A stretch of DNA of 64,000 nt, taken from Octopus sinensis (taxonomy: Eukaryota). A model generated the notes under the pieces. That model saw nothing but the letters and a program-made list of their open reading frames with translations. It ran no database searches and had not been told where the DNA came from. Positions 24,587-36,600 of this stretch are shown in pieces (position 1 is the stretch's first letter; every line of letters starts with the position of its first letter). The stretch spans positions 55,118,001-55,182,000 of the forward strand of contig NC_043012.1 in assembly GCF_006345805.1 (NCBI RefSeq), in the 5' to 3' direction. The position numbers and the translations under genes are program-made.

Positions 24587-25895
24587 ACTTATTCTATCAG
24601 TCTCTTTTGCAGAACTACTAAATTATGGAGATGTAAACACATCAACACCAGTTGTCAAGCAGTGGTGGGGGACAAACACAGATACAAAGATACACACACA
24701 CACATACCTACCTACCGACCTACAAACACACACACATACAAACACACACACACATGATGAGCTTCTTTCAGTTTCCATCCACCAAATCCACTCACAAGGC
24801 TTTGGTCAACCGAAAACTATAGTAGAGAACACTTGCCCATGGTACCACGCAGTGGGACTGAACCCAGATCCTTGTGGTTAGGAAGCAAGCTTCTTACAAC
24901 ACAGCTACACCTGCACCTATATATAAATGTGTGTGTGTATGTATGTGCATACATACATACAGACAGACAGACATACATGATATAAGCCATGTTCTTATAA
25001 AGAGCAAGGACAAAGTCTTAGATTAAATAGAGGTTGTAAACAGATTCTAAGAATAAACAATAGCTGTTTTTTTCTTCTACTGAACACTGTTACCAAGGAG
25101 ATTTTAAATGATTATTTCTAGAATGCATGTGTGTGCATTTTAGTATATTAATGATAATATTATTATATCTATTGATCTAGTTTCTACACAGATATCATCA
25201 TCATTGTTTTAGCATACAGTTTTCCACACTTGCTCGAGCCAGATGGAATTTGTTGAGACAGATGTTCTACGGCCAGATGCTTTTCCTGTGGCAAACCTTC
25301 CCATTTCAAAGCAAGGTAATATTCCCTTATGGCATCTGAAAATGAAGGACATCATCTGTATGATGGTAATACTTGTTTACAACTATATGGTGTCAAAACA
25401 AGAAGAGAGAGACACACACAAAATGGGCTTCCATACATTTTCTGTCCACTGAATTCCACTCAGAAGGCATTGGTTGGCCAAGGGTTATAAATAGAAGACG
25501 TTCCAATAGGATTGAACAAGAGAACATGTGGAGGTGAAGTCAACTTCTAAATTACACAGCCATACAGGCACCTAAACTTCTACCTATTTACCTATATTTC
25601 TATGGCACGTAAAAGACACCATTCGAGCGTGATCGTTATCAGCACCTGTGCCGGTGGCATGTGTAAAAGATTCGAGCGAGGTTGTTGCCAGTACTGCCTG
25701 ACTGGCCCCGTGCCGGTGGTACGTAAAAGCACCCACTACACTCTCGGAGTGGTTGGCGTTAAGAAGGGCATCCAGCTGTAGAAACTCTACCAAATCAAGA
25801 TTGAAGCCTGGTGCAGCCATCTGGTTCGCCATCCTTCAGTCATTCGTCCAACCCATGCTAGCATGGAAAGCGGATGTTAAACGATGATGATGATG

Positions 25896-25896
<1 letters not shown>

Positions 25897-25940
<44 letters not shown>

Positions 25941-26048
25941 CATATGTGCACATATATTTATAAATACACACATATTTATACATTCATACATTTACACACA
26001 CACATTCATATAGTTTAATGTCCATTTTCAATGGTAGAAGGGACTGGA

Positions 26049-26087
<39 letters not shown>

Positions 26088-26100
26088 TGTGTGTGTGTGT
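25897..26100. repeat. (AT)n and (GT)n microsatellite cluster
   Basis: Directly visible. Confidence 0.9.
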
Positions 26101-26669
26101 ATTATCTTGATGGTTTAACCAAACAAATTACCCAAAGTAGGCAGCATAAAAACAAATATTTTTTCTTCTAAGTCTGGTATTTATTCTGTTGGCCTCTTTT
26201 TGCCAAACCACCAAGTTACCAGGCTGTAAACAAACCAAAAAAGGTTGTCAAGCAGTCATCTACCAAATCAAAGTGTCTTTTACTATAAACCTGGGGCCAT
26301 AGTAAAAGACACTTTCTCAAGGCACCAGACAGTAGGACTGAACTTAGAACCATGTGGTCAGGAAGCAAACTTCTTACCATACAGCCATGCCTAGATACTA
26401 TATATCATCAAATTCTTCATTTAATTTCCATATTAACTTGTCTTGGATAGAGCTCACAGTGCTTCACCACCTGTAACGGTCCATTGTAGTTTAACAAACA
26501 TAGCAATTCAGACAAGCTTCCTCTAACCAACCACTTTATAACTTTACAGTATAAATTGGGTACATTTTATCATGCCATCAATGCCAGACAGGTTATCTGC
26601 AACAGATTTAAAGAGCTCCCTTTTTGTATTTTTTGTAATGTTTTCTTCACTGTTATTTTACTGATTTGC

Positions 26670-29600
26670 AATTTGTGCAGTTCCACATCACCAGTCCACA
26701 CTGTAAAGTGGTTGGTGTTCAAAAGGGCATCCAACGGTAAAAATCTTGCCAAAACTGACCTTGCCTGTGCTTGTGCCACATAAAAAGCACAAAGTCCACT
26801 CTGCTGAGTGGTTGGTATTCAGAAGGGCATCCAGCTGTAAAAACCTTGCCAAATTGGCCTTGCCTGTGCTTGTGCCATGCAAAAAGCACTGCTGGCTTCG
26901 CCTGTGCTTGTGCCACATAAAAAGCACAAAGTCCACTCTCCTGAGTGGTTGGTATTCAGAAGGGCATCCAGCTGTAAAAACCTTGCCAAATTGGCCTTGC
27001 CTGTGCTTGTGCCATGCAAAAAGCACTGCTGGCTTCGCCTGTGCTTGTGCCACATAAAAAGCACAAAGTCCACTCTGCTGAGTGGTTGGTATTCAGAAGG
27101 GCATCCAGCTGTAAAAACCTTGCCAAATTGGCCTTGCCTGTGCTTGTGCCATGCAAAAAGCACTGCTGGCTTCGCCTGTGCTTGTGCCACATAAAAAGCA
27201 CAAAGTCCACTCTCCTGAGTGGTTGGTATTCAGAAGGGCATCCAGCTGTAAAAACCTTGCCAAATTGGCCTTGCCTGTGCTTGTGCCATGCAAAAAGCAC
27301 TGCTGGCTTCGCCTGTGCTTGTGCCACATAAAAAGCACAAAGTCCACTCTCCTGAGTGGTTGGTATTCAGAAGGGCATCCAGCTGTAAAAACCTTGCCAA
27401 ATTGGCCTTGCCTGTGCTTGTGCCATGCAAAAAGCACTGCGGACTTTGCCTGTGCTTGTGCCACATAAAAAGCACAAAGTCCACTCTGCTGAGTGGTTGG
27501 TATTCAGAAGGGCATCCAGCTGTAAAAACCTTGCCAAATTGGCCTTGCCTGTGCTTGTGCCATGCAAAAAGCACTGCTGGCTTCGCCTGTGCTTGTGCCA
27601 CATAAAAAGCACAAAGTCCACTCTGCTGAGTGGTTGGTATTCAGAAGGGCATCCAGCTGTAAAAACCTTGCCAAATTGGCCTTGCCTGTGCTTGTGCCGT
27701 GCAAAAAGCACTGCTGGCTTCGCCTGTGCTTGTGCCACATAAAAAGCACAAAGTCCACTCTCCTGAGTGGTTGGTATTCAGAAGGGCATCCAGCTGTAAA
27801 AACCTTGCCAAATTGGCCTTGCCTGTGCTTGTGCCATGCAAAAAGCACTGCTGGCTTCGCCTGTGCTTGTGCCACATAAAAAGCACAAAGTCCACTCTGC
27901 TGAGTGGTTGGTATTCAGAAGGGCATCCAGCTGTAAAAACCTTGCCAAATTGGCCTTGCCTGTGCTTGTGCCATGCAAAAAGCACTGCTGGCTTCGCCTG
28001 TGCTTGTGCCACATAAAAAGCACAAAGTCCACTCTGCTGAGTGGTGGTATTCAGAAGGGCATCCAGCTGTAAAAACCTTGCCAAATTGGCCTTGCCTGTG
28101 CTTGTGCCATGCAAAAAGCACTGCTGGCTTCGCCTGTGCTTGTGCCACATAAAAAGCACAAGTCCACTCTCCTGAGTGGTTGGTATTCAGAAGGGCATCC
28201 AGCTGTAAAAACCTTGCCAAATTGGCCTTGCCTGTGCTTGTGCCATGCAAAAAGCACTGCTGGCTTCGCCTGTGCTTGTGCCACATAAAAAGCACAAAGT
28301 CCACTCTGCTGAGTGGTTGGTATTCAGAAGGGCATCCAGCTGTAAAAACCTTGCCAAATTGGCCTTGCCTGTGCTTGTGCCATGCAAAAAGCACTGCTGG
28401 CTTCGCCTGTGCTTGTGCCACATAAAAAGCACAAAGTCCACTCTGCTGAGTGGTTGGTATCAGAAGGGCATCCAGCTGTAAAAACCTTGCCAAATTGGCC
28501 TTGCCTGTGCTTGTGCCATGCAAAAAGCACTGCTGGCTTCGCCTGTGCTTGTGCCACATAAAAAGCACAAAGTCCACTCTGCTGAGTGGTTGGTATTCAG
28601 AAGGGCATCCAGCTGTAAAAACCTTGCCAAATTGGCCTTGCCTGTGCTTGTGCCGTGCAAAAAGCACTGCTGGCTTCGCCTGTGCTTGTGCCACATAAAA
28701 AGCACAAGTCCACTCTGCTGAGTGGTTGGTATTCAGAAGGGCATCCAGCTGTAAAAACCTTGCCAAATTGGCCTTGCCTGTGCTTGTGCCATGCAAAAAG
28801 CACTGCTGGCTTCGCCTGTGCTTGTGCCACATAAAAAGCACAAGTCCACTCTCCTGAGTGGTGGTATTCAGAAGGGCATCCAGCTGTAAAAACCTTGCCA
28901 AATTGGCCTTGCCTGTGCTTGTGCCATGCAAAAAGCACTGCTGGCTTCGCCTGTGCTTGTGCCACATAAAAGCACAAAGTCACTCTGCTGAGTGGTTGGT
29001 ATTCAGAAGGGCATCCAGCTGTAAAAACCTTGCCAAATTGCCTTGCTTGCCTGTGCTTGTGCCATGCAAAAAGCACTGCTGGCTTCGCCTGTGCTTGTGC
29101 CACATAAAAAGCACAAAGTCCACTCTCCTGAGTGGTTGGTATTCAGAAGGGCATCCAGCTGTAAAAACCTTGCCAAATTGGCCTTGCCTGTGCTTGTGCC
29201 ATGCAAAAAGCACTGCTGGCTTCGCCTGTGCTTGTGCCACATAAAAGCACAAAGTCCACTCTCCTGAGTGGTTGGTATTCAGAAGGGCATCCAGCTGTAA
29301 AAACCTTGCCAAATTGGCCTTGCCTGTGCTTGTGCCATGCAAAAAGCACTGCTGGCTTCGCCTGTGCTTGTGCCACATAAAAAGCTCAAAGTCCACTCTC
29401 CTGAGTGGTTGGTATTCAGAAGGGCATCCAGCTGTAAAAACCTTGCCAAATTGGCCTTGCTGTGCTTGTGCCATGCAAAAAGCACTGCTGGCTTCGCCTG
29501 TGCTTGTGCCACATAAAAAGCACAAAGTCCACTCTGCTGAGTGGTTGGTATTCAGAAGGGCATCCAGCTGTAAAAACCTTGCCAATTGGCCTTGCCTGTG

Positions 29601-31536
29601 CTTGTGCCATGCAAAAAGCACTGCTGGCTTCGCCTGTGCTTGTGCCACATAAAAAGCACAAAGTCCACTCTCTGAGTGGTTGGTATTCAGAAGGGCATCC
29701 AGCTGTAAAAACCTTGCCAAATTGGCCTTGCCTGTGCTTGTGCCATGCAAAAAGCACTGCTGGCTTCGCCTGTGCTTGTGCCACATAAAAAGCACAAAGT
29801 CCACTCTGCTGAGTGGTTGGTATTCAGAAGGGCATCCAGCTGTAAAAACCTTGCCAACCTGCCAAATTGCCTTGCCTGTGCTTGTGCCATGCAAAAAGCA
29901 CTGCTGGCTTCGCCTGTGCTTGTGCCACATAAAAAGCTCAAAGTCCACTCTCCTGAGTGGTTGGTATTCAGAAGGGCATCCAGCTGTAAAAACCTTGCCA
30001 AATTGGCCTTGCCTGTGCTTGTGCCATGCAAAAAGCACTGCTGGCTTCGCCTGTGCTTGTGCCACATAAAAAGCACAAAGTCCACTCTCCTGAGTGGTTG
30101 GTATTCAGAAGGGCATCCAGCTGTAAAAACCTTGCCAAATTGGCCTTGCCTGTGCTTGTGCCATGCAAAAAGCACTGCTGGCTTCGCCTGTGCTTGTGCC
30201 ACATAAAAAGCTCAAAGTCCACTCTCCTGAGTGGTTGGTATTCAGAAGGGCATCCAGCTGTAAAAACCTTGCCAAATTGGCCTTGCCTGTGCTTGTGCCA
30301 TGCAAAAAGCACTGCTGGCTTCGCCTGTGCTTGTGCCACATAAAAAGCACAAAGTCCACTCTGCTGAGTGGTTGGTATTCAGAAGGGCATCCAGCTGTAA
30401 AAACCTTGCCAAATTGGCCTTGCCTGTGCTTGTGCCATGCAAAAAGCACTGCTGGCTTCGCCTGTGCTTGTGCCACATAAAAAGCACAAAGTCCACTCTC
30501 CTGAGTGGTTGGTATTCAGAAGGGCATCCAGCTGTAAAAACCTTGCCAAATTGGCCTTGCCTGTGCTTGTGCCATGCAAAAAGCACTGCTGGCTTCGCCT
30601 GTGCTTGTGCCACATAAAAAGCACAAAGTCCACTCTGCTGAGTGGTTGGTATTCAGAAGGGCATCCAGCTGTAAAAACCTTGCCAAATTGGCCTTGCCTG
30701 TGCTTGTGCCATGCAAAAAGCACTGCTGGCTTCGCCTGTGCTTGTGCCACATAAAAAGCACAAAGTCCACTCTGCTGAGTGGTTGGTATTCAGAAGGGCA
30801 TCCAGCTGTAAAAACCTTGCCAATTGGCCTTGCCTGTGCTTGTGCCATGCAAAAAGCACTGCTGGCTTCGCCTGTGCTTGTGCCACATAAAAAGCACAAA
30901 GTCCACTCTCCTGAGTGGTTGGTATTCAGAGGGGCATCCAGCTGTAAAAACCTTGCCAAATTGGCCTTGCCTGTGCTTGTGCCATGCAAAAAGCACTGCT
31001 GGCTTCGCCTGTGCTTGTGCCACATAAAAAGCACAAAGTCCACTCTGCTGAGTGGTTGGTATTCAGAAGGGCATCCAGCTGTAAAAACCTTGCCAAATTG
31101 CCTTGCCTGTGCTTGTGCCATGCAAAAAGCACTGCTGGCTTCGCCTGTGCTTGTGCCACATAAAAAGCACAAAGTCCACTCTGCTGAGTGGTTGGTATTC
31201 AGAAGGGCATCCAGCTGTAAAAACCTTGCCAAATTGGCCTTGCCTGTGCTTGTGCATGCAAAAAGCACTGCTGGCTTCGCCTGTGCTTGTGCCACATAAA
31301 AAGCACAAAGTCCACTCTCCTGAGTGGTTGGTATTCAGAAGGGCATCCAGCTGTAAAAACCTTGCCAAATTGGCCTTGCCTGTGCTTGTGCCATGCAAAA
31401 AGCACAAAGTCCACTCTGCTGAGTGGTTGGTGTGAGGAAGGGCATCCAGGTGTAAAAATCCTGTCAAAACAGTCTGGTGCAGGCTTCTGCCTGGCCGGCT
31501 AGCATGGAAGGTGGATGTTAAACAATGATGATGATG
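26670..31536 (+). mobile_element. 5'-truncated RTE LINE 3' terminal module hosting the satellite
   Basis: Left flank CCAGTCCACACTGTAAAGTGGTTGG and right flank AAAATCCTGTCAAAACAGTCTGGTGCAGG...GCATGGAAGGTGGATGTTAAACAATGATGATG match the single-copy modules at 43500-43852 and 55800-56125. Confidence 0.85.
26794..31409 (+). repeat. Tandem array (satellite), ~34 near-identical 137-bp units
   Basis: Unit GTCCACTCT(G/C)CTGAGTGGTTGGTATTCAGAAGGGCATCCAGCTGTAAAAACCTTGCCAAATTGGCCTTGCCTGTGCTTGTGCCATGCAAAAAGCACTGCTGGCTTCGCCTGTGCTTGTGCCACATAAAAAGCACAAA recurs at 26794, 26931, 27068 ... 31310; shorter 99-100 bp units lie at each edge. Confidence 0.98.
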
Positions 31537-31941
31537 TTGTTTTGGGGTATGTTTTTTTTTAAAGCCAGATGACAATCCTGTCCCTAATGACTTTACAACA
31601 TGGACATCTAGTGATGGAATGTGTGTGTGCCAAAGGTCTAAGAGCATCATCACTATCACTCTACCTCTCTCTTCCAACATGATGCTGGGGTAACAAGAGA
31701 TTACATCGGGCCTATTTCATCTCTGAAATACATCCTCATAACTGTTCTGTTAGCCATCACTCCCACTCCTCAATGCCCATCAATCTCTTGCCATTGCTCA
31801 TCTCTATGACTTTCTAACAATTCCATCCACTCTTACTAGCTGCCACCACAATCTCTGCCTCTCGCTCTCGTTTTCTCTCTCCTTACTCTCTTGCATATAT
31901 TACTGTAAAAGACAACAGACATGAAAGGCAGATATACTTAC

Positions 31942-32075
31942 CCGTTTTCTATAGTTGAGGGAGCTGGGCTTACTGAAGCCCCAAGTGGAGCCCATCTTTC
32001 AGTTGGACGTTCATCATAATTTTGGTCCTCAAAACTGTCATAACTCTCATCAGTGTTGGCAGCCACTTCTTCCAT
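31942..32075 (-). CDS. RUNDC1: RUNDC1 first coding exon (CDS part): MEEVAANTDESYDSFEDQNYDERPTERWAPLGASVSPAPSTIEN-G
   Basis: Acceptor ctttcgtag at 32101-32102; 25 nt of UTR with an in-frame TGA; ATG in CAAAATGG context; conserved RWAP.GA; donor GG|gtaagt, phase 2. Confidence 0.88.
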
Positions 32076-32373
32076 TTTGAAAAAGATTCCTCAAGGATAA
32101 CTACGAAAGATAGAACAACAATAAATAACTAACTAAAATAATAACGGCAACAACCATAACAATAATAATTTTGTAGATAGGCACAAGGTCATAAATTTTG
32201 GTGGGAGAAGGGGTTTAAGTGATTGGCAGACCCAAACAAATGAAAGTCACAGATGAACTTGGGAGAATTTGAAATCAAAATGTTAAGAACCAGAATGAAT
32301 ACTGTAAGATATTTGTCCAATATTTTTAAATGATTCCACCTCTCCACTGCCCTCAAAACAATAACAGCAGCAG

Positions 32374-32765
32374 GAGTGGTTAGGGCAGCAGACTCGCGGT
32401 CGGAGGATCACGGTTTCGATTCCCAGACCGGGCGTTGTGTGTGTTTATTGAGCGAAAAACACCTAAAGCTCCACGAGGCTCCGGCAGGGGGTGGTGGCGA
32501 CCCTTGTTGTACTCTTTTGCTCCAACTGTCTCTCACTCTTTCTTCCTGTTTCTTGTCCCCGACTTCCTACGCAACCACTGAGCCTGGATGCGCATTCATC
32601 CATCCGTCAATGCTCTCGGTGTCGGGGGTTGACCTTCTTTCTCTTCTGCGGGTCTTACGAATAGCAAAGGACCACGTTTCGGACTTCTCCCACTACAGAG
32701 GCGCAATCTTGCGAGCTCTTGGATGAAGACCGCTTTGCTCAACAGTAACAGCAGCAGCAACAATA
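32374..32765 (+). mobile_element. tRNA-derived SINE, head A + tail X
   Basis: GTGGTTAGGGCAGCAGACTCGCGGTCGGAGGATCACGGTTTCGATTCCC head; ~17-bp near-direct repeat AACA(A/G)TAACAGCAGCAG at both ends. Confidence 0.75.
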
Positions 32766-35409
32766 ACAACGCTTTCTGATTTAGGTACAAGACCATCAAT
32801 TTTAAGGGATGAGAATAGGAGATGCTATCAACCCTAGTATTGGAGTGGCACTTTATTTGATTAAACTCAGAAAGATGAAAGGCAAAGTTAACCTCAGAAG
32901 GATTTTGAATTCAGAATGTAAAAGCTGTAATTAAATACTGCAAGAATTTGTCCTTAGTTATGCCTTTGTTATTTAGACTTATGGCTAAAAACATAAGTCT
33001 ATGTCCCAAGCCATAAGTTTAAAAAAACTAAAGACAAAACTATCTCTCTTGACAAGTCTAAATAACAGCTCTGCTATGTCTCTTGAAATATATCTAAATC
33101 AGAAAGTCAACGGGAGTCTAAATAACAGTCACAGCTGTTTCTTGATATGTCTGAATGCATGATCAGACATTTGTAAATAAGTCAGTTAAAGGAATGGTGG
33201 TAGCAATGTCCATGACCTTTCAAGGTTCTTCAAGACTGGTGGGATTGATAAGGTTGATGCTCAGCTTTGCCTGCCCTTTTATTAGGACAATGAAAGTAAT
33301 TAAGTTCAGAAAAATGAAGTACAAACATAACATTGTCCAGACATGAATTTCCTTACTACTAAAGATCTCTCAGACATCTTTGGTGAAGTTCAAATCAGTA
33401 CAAAACTTAAACTGAATTAAAAGACTGCAAGTGGAACATTCAACAATTAATCTAATATGCCAAGGCTATATTATGCATTCAATATAAGGTTGCATATAGA
33501 GTGCATAGCAGCATTTCATCCAATAAGGGCGACAAGCTGGCAGAATCATTACCACATAAGGAAAAATGCCAAGCAGCATTTCTTCCGACTTTGTATTCCA
33601 AGTTCAAATGCTACAGGGATCGATTTTGCCTTTCAGCCTTTTAGGGTCAATAAAATAAAAACCAGCTGACATTGGTGCTGCATTGATGAAGGTTTGCACT
33701 CTCTGAGTGCTCGTTTTTTTTTTTTTTTGCTTTTGGTCAATAAGTGTTATTTCCTATTTGCTTCTATTTAGAAATCAAAGGAAGTGACTACTATTCTCTT
33801 CACACTTTGCTTTTGTCACCTAGAAATCAATGTTTTGAAATTGACCTATTTTCTGTTACATTTCAGACAGATTCAGTGCTGAATTGCTGAAGCAGAAATA
33901 TCGTTATAGCAAATATTTTGCTCAATACCACAGATTTGCTTGTCAGTTGCTTGACCGTAATCACTTGAACATGCCTCTCAGTGGCTGATAATATGTGCAT
34001 ATCTGATCATGAGCAGGAGCAGACAGGGAGCACCATAGCCATGTGCTGAGAGTGATTCTTTGGTGTTTTGAATGAAGTTTGAAAGAAATAGTAGCCACTT
34101 TTCATACTTTCTAGGGGTAAGTAAATAAGAAACAACAGTAGCTACTCAAAGACAAAAACCAGGTTACACTGTGCTATTCACGGTATCCACAAACTGGCAA
34201 TCAAACAAATCCACGGAGCGTTAGGTGCCTGCAACATTACCTCAGACTAAGTGAAACGATAAAAGCCACCAGACTTTCAATTAGTAGTTTGACACTGGTG
34301 CTGCTGTCTTGACTAATAGCTAGTGGTAACTTGCAAAAAATTATTGGAGCATAAAAACCCAGACGTACATATCAACTCATTCATAAGTCTTTGAATTGTG
34401 ACAAAATTGCTGGTACATAAAAGATATTTATGTATCCATATTATGCATTCATAACTTCTTATCTAGATATAATTATTAGTTAGAGCAGATATATTTCTAT
34501 GAAAAGACGGCTGATCTTTTTATTATTAGTTTCTATATTTTACTGGTTTCAGTAGTTGAAACGGCAACCATGCTGGAGTACTAACCGTCAATGGATTATG
34601 TTTTATCTATTTTCTTTCACTTGCTTGTCACTGGACAGCAGCCATGCTGGAGCATCACTCTGAATGGTTTAGTCAAACAGATCGACCCCAGTACTTCTTT
34701 TCTTTTCTTTTTTTTTTTAAACTTTTTTAAAACTTTTTTTTTAACTGCCAACTTATATGAATGCCAACAAACCAATGTCAGCTGTCAAGTGGTAAGAAGA
34801 CAAGTAGACAAGCACAAATGCACACACATGCATAGGTTTTTTTTTTTTACACAGTTTTCATCTATCAGCTTCATAGTTAACCTGAGGCTATAATAGAGAA
34901 AAAAAAACTTGTCTAAGATGCCCTGCAATGAGACTGAACTTGAAACCATGTGATTGCAAAGCAAGCTTCTTGACTGCATAGCCATGCTGCCTCTATCGAC
35001 CATATCAAGCTCACTACTTAATTGTAAGTCTGGTATTTAGTATAGTGATCTGTATTTGTCAAACTACTAAACCACAGGATGGAGGGTGTAAACAAGTAGC
35101 ATTAGTTGTTATGCGGTGCCAGTTCCAACAAAGACATCGAAGGCAGACACACAGAACCACAATTAAAGAAAGGTACTCAATACATCAGACACAAGAAATA
35201 TTGTGTGTGTGTGCGTGTGTGTGTGTGTGGTGTGTGTGTGTGTATGTGCACTAGTGTAGCTGAGTCATTAAGAAGCTTGCTTCTCAACCATATGGTCTTG
35301 GATTTGGTCCCACTGCATGGTACCTTAGGCACGTCTCTTCACTACTATAGGCCCAAGCCAACTAAAACCTTATGAGTTGTACTGGTTGACAGAAATTGAA
35401 AGAAATTAA

Positions 35410-35642
35410 AGGTGGTGAGCTGGCAGAAATGTTAGCATGCTAGGTGAAATGCTTAGCAGCATTTCGTCTGCCGTTACGTTCTGAGTTCAAATTCTACTGA
35501 GGTCGACTTTGCTCTTCATCATTTCAGGGTCGATAAATTAAGTACCAGTTGCACACTGAGATCGATGTAATTGACTTAATCCCTTTGTCTGTCCTTGTTT
35601 GTCCCCTCTGTGTTTAGCCCCTTGTGGGCTAAAGAAATAAGA
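35410..35642 (+). mobile_element. SINE family 2 (GGTGAGCTGGCAGAA head; other copies near 300-750, 12060, 33520, 37660, 52955, 63535)
   Basis: A-box/B-box-like GAGCTGGCAG...GAGTTCAAATTC, shared body GACTTTGCCTTTCATCC; multiple copies in both orientations. Confidence 0.75.
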
Positions 35643-35781
35643 AATTGAAAGAAACCCATTATATATATATTATACACACACGCACATATACATACACTGA
35701 AGCTTGGAGTAGTCCTCTGGTTTGCCAGCTCCAGTTAAACCATCCAACTCATACCAGCATGGAAGGGACATTAAATATTAA

Positions 35782-36003
35782 CCCTTTACCATTCACATTA
35801 TTCTGTCAAAAGTAATACTTATTTATTCCCATTGTTTTGAATTAATCACATACTGTTTTGTAGCTATGAGATTTTGACGCGGTATCTGTTAATTTTTTTA
35901 GAAGGTCGTTGTTGGGTAGGTGTGAGAAATCAGATCTGACCAGTTTGAAAGTAAAACAGGTAGAATATTTTCGCCGGATATAGCCAGTTTAAATGCTAAA
36001 GGG
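35782..36003. mobile_element. piggyBac-type MITE (TTAA TSD, CCCTTTA...TAAAGGG termini); relatives at ~17860-18484, ~37880-38518, ~50420-50620, ~56585-56780, ~61193-61763
   Basis: TTAA|CCCTTTACCATT ... AATGCTAAAGGG|TTAA. Confidence 0.85.
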
Positions 36004-36229
36004 TTAATGATGACAATGTGTGTGTATGTGTGAAGACACCACAAGATTGTTATAAACAAGAATCATTGCCATACAGGTGAGGGTTGGTAACAAGCAGTGC
36101 CTCTGGTCATAGGAAATCTGCCTCGATAAATTCTGTCTGACCAATGCAAACATGAAAATTGAACATTAAATCATGATGGTGAGGATACATACAGTGGTCA
36201 AGTGAAGATCCAAAGTGGTTAAGTGAAGA

Positions 36230-36600
36230 TTTTATGTCCAGAATGTTTGGTTCTCCATTCTTTTACTATAACAAATTTTTGAGGTCTTTGAGTTGTGGAT
36301 CTTGCACAGATTGGACACAACAAAGTGGAAAGAGAGTAACAAATGATCCAATATTAGAAAAAACTGAAAGTCCAAAGACACCGTTTGTTGAGAATTAAGT
36401 CCATGCAATGTGCCAAGAGTTAATGTCCAAGACCATCCTGACTGAAAGTGTTGAGGGGAAGCGAGCAAAAGAGTGTCAAAGATGTTTGTGGATTGATGAC
36501 CTCAAAGAATGAGCTGAAAACAAGAGCCTGATTGTATGTATGCAGCTCAACACAGAAGGAACTGAAGAACCTAGGCAAGTTTACCTCTGGAAGGCACTGG
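36230..36600 (+). mobile_element. Decayed RTE LINE C-terminal fragment
   Basis: ...SKTILTESVEGKRAKECQRCLWIDDLKE* resembles the RTE KTILQGTVEGKR.RGR..KRW.D motif. Confidence 0.55.

Noticed and set aside
26794-31409. CRISPR array or retrozyme interpretation of the tandem repeat
   Set aside because: No unique spacers, animal context, no cas genes, and no CUGANGA…GAAA hammerhead core on either strand of the unit.
26688-31680. Dozens of 65-361 aa ORFs (MAQAQAKPAV…, MQKALLASPV…) on both strands
   Set aside because: They are translations of the 137-bp satellite. The unit length is not a multiple of 3, so the same peptides recur in rotating frames; no coding signature.
32374-32450. tRNA gene calls at SINE heads (also 51650, 52041, ~61490-61559)
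   Set aside because: A/B boxes are present but there is no complete cloverleaf or acceptor stem, and each continues into a SINE body, some with TSDs.
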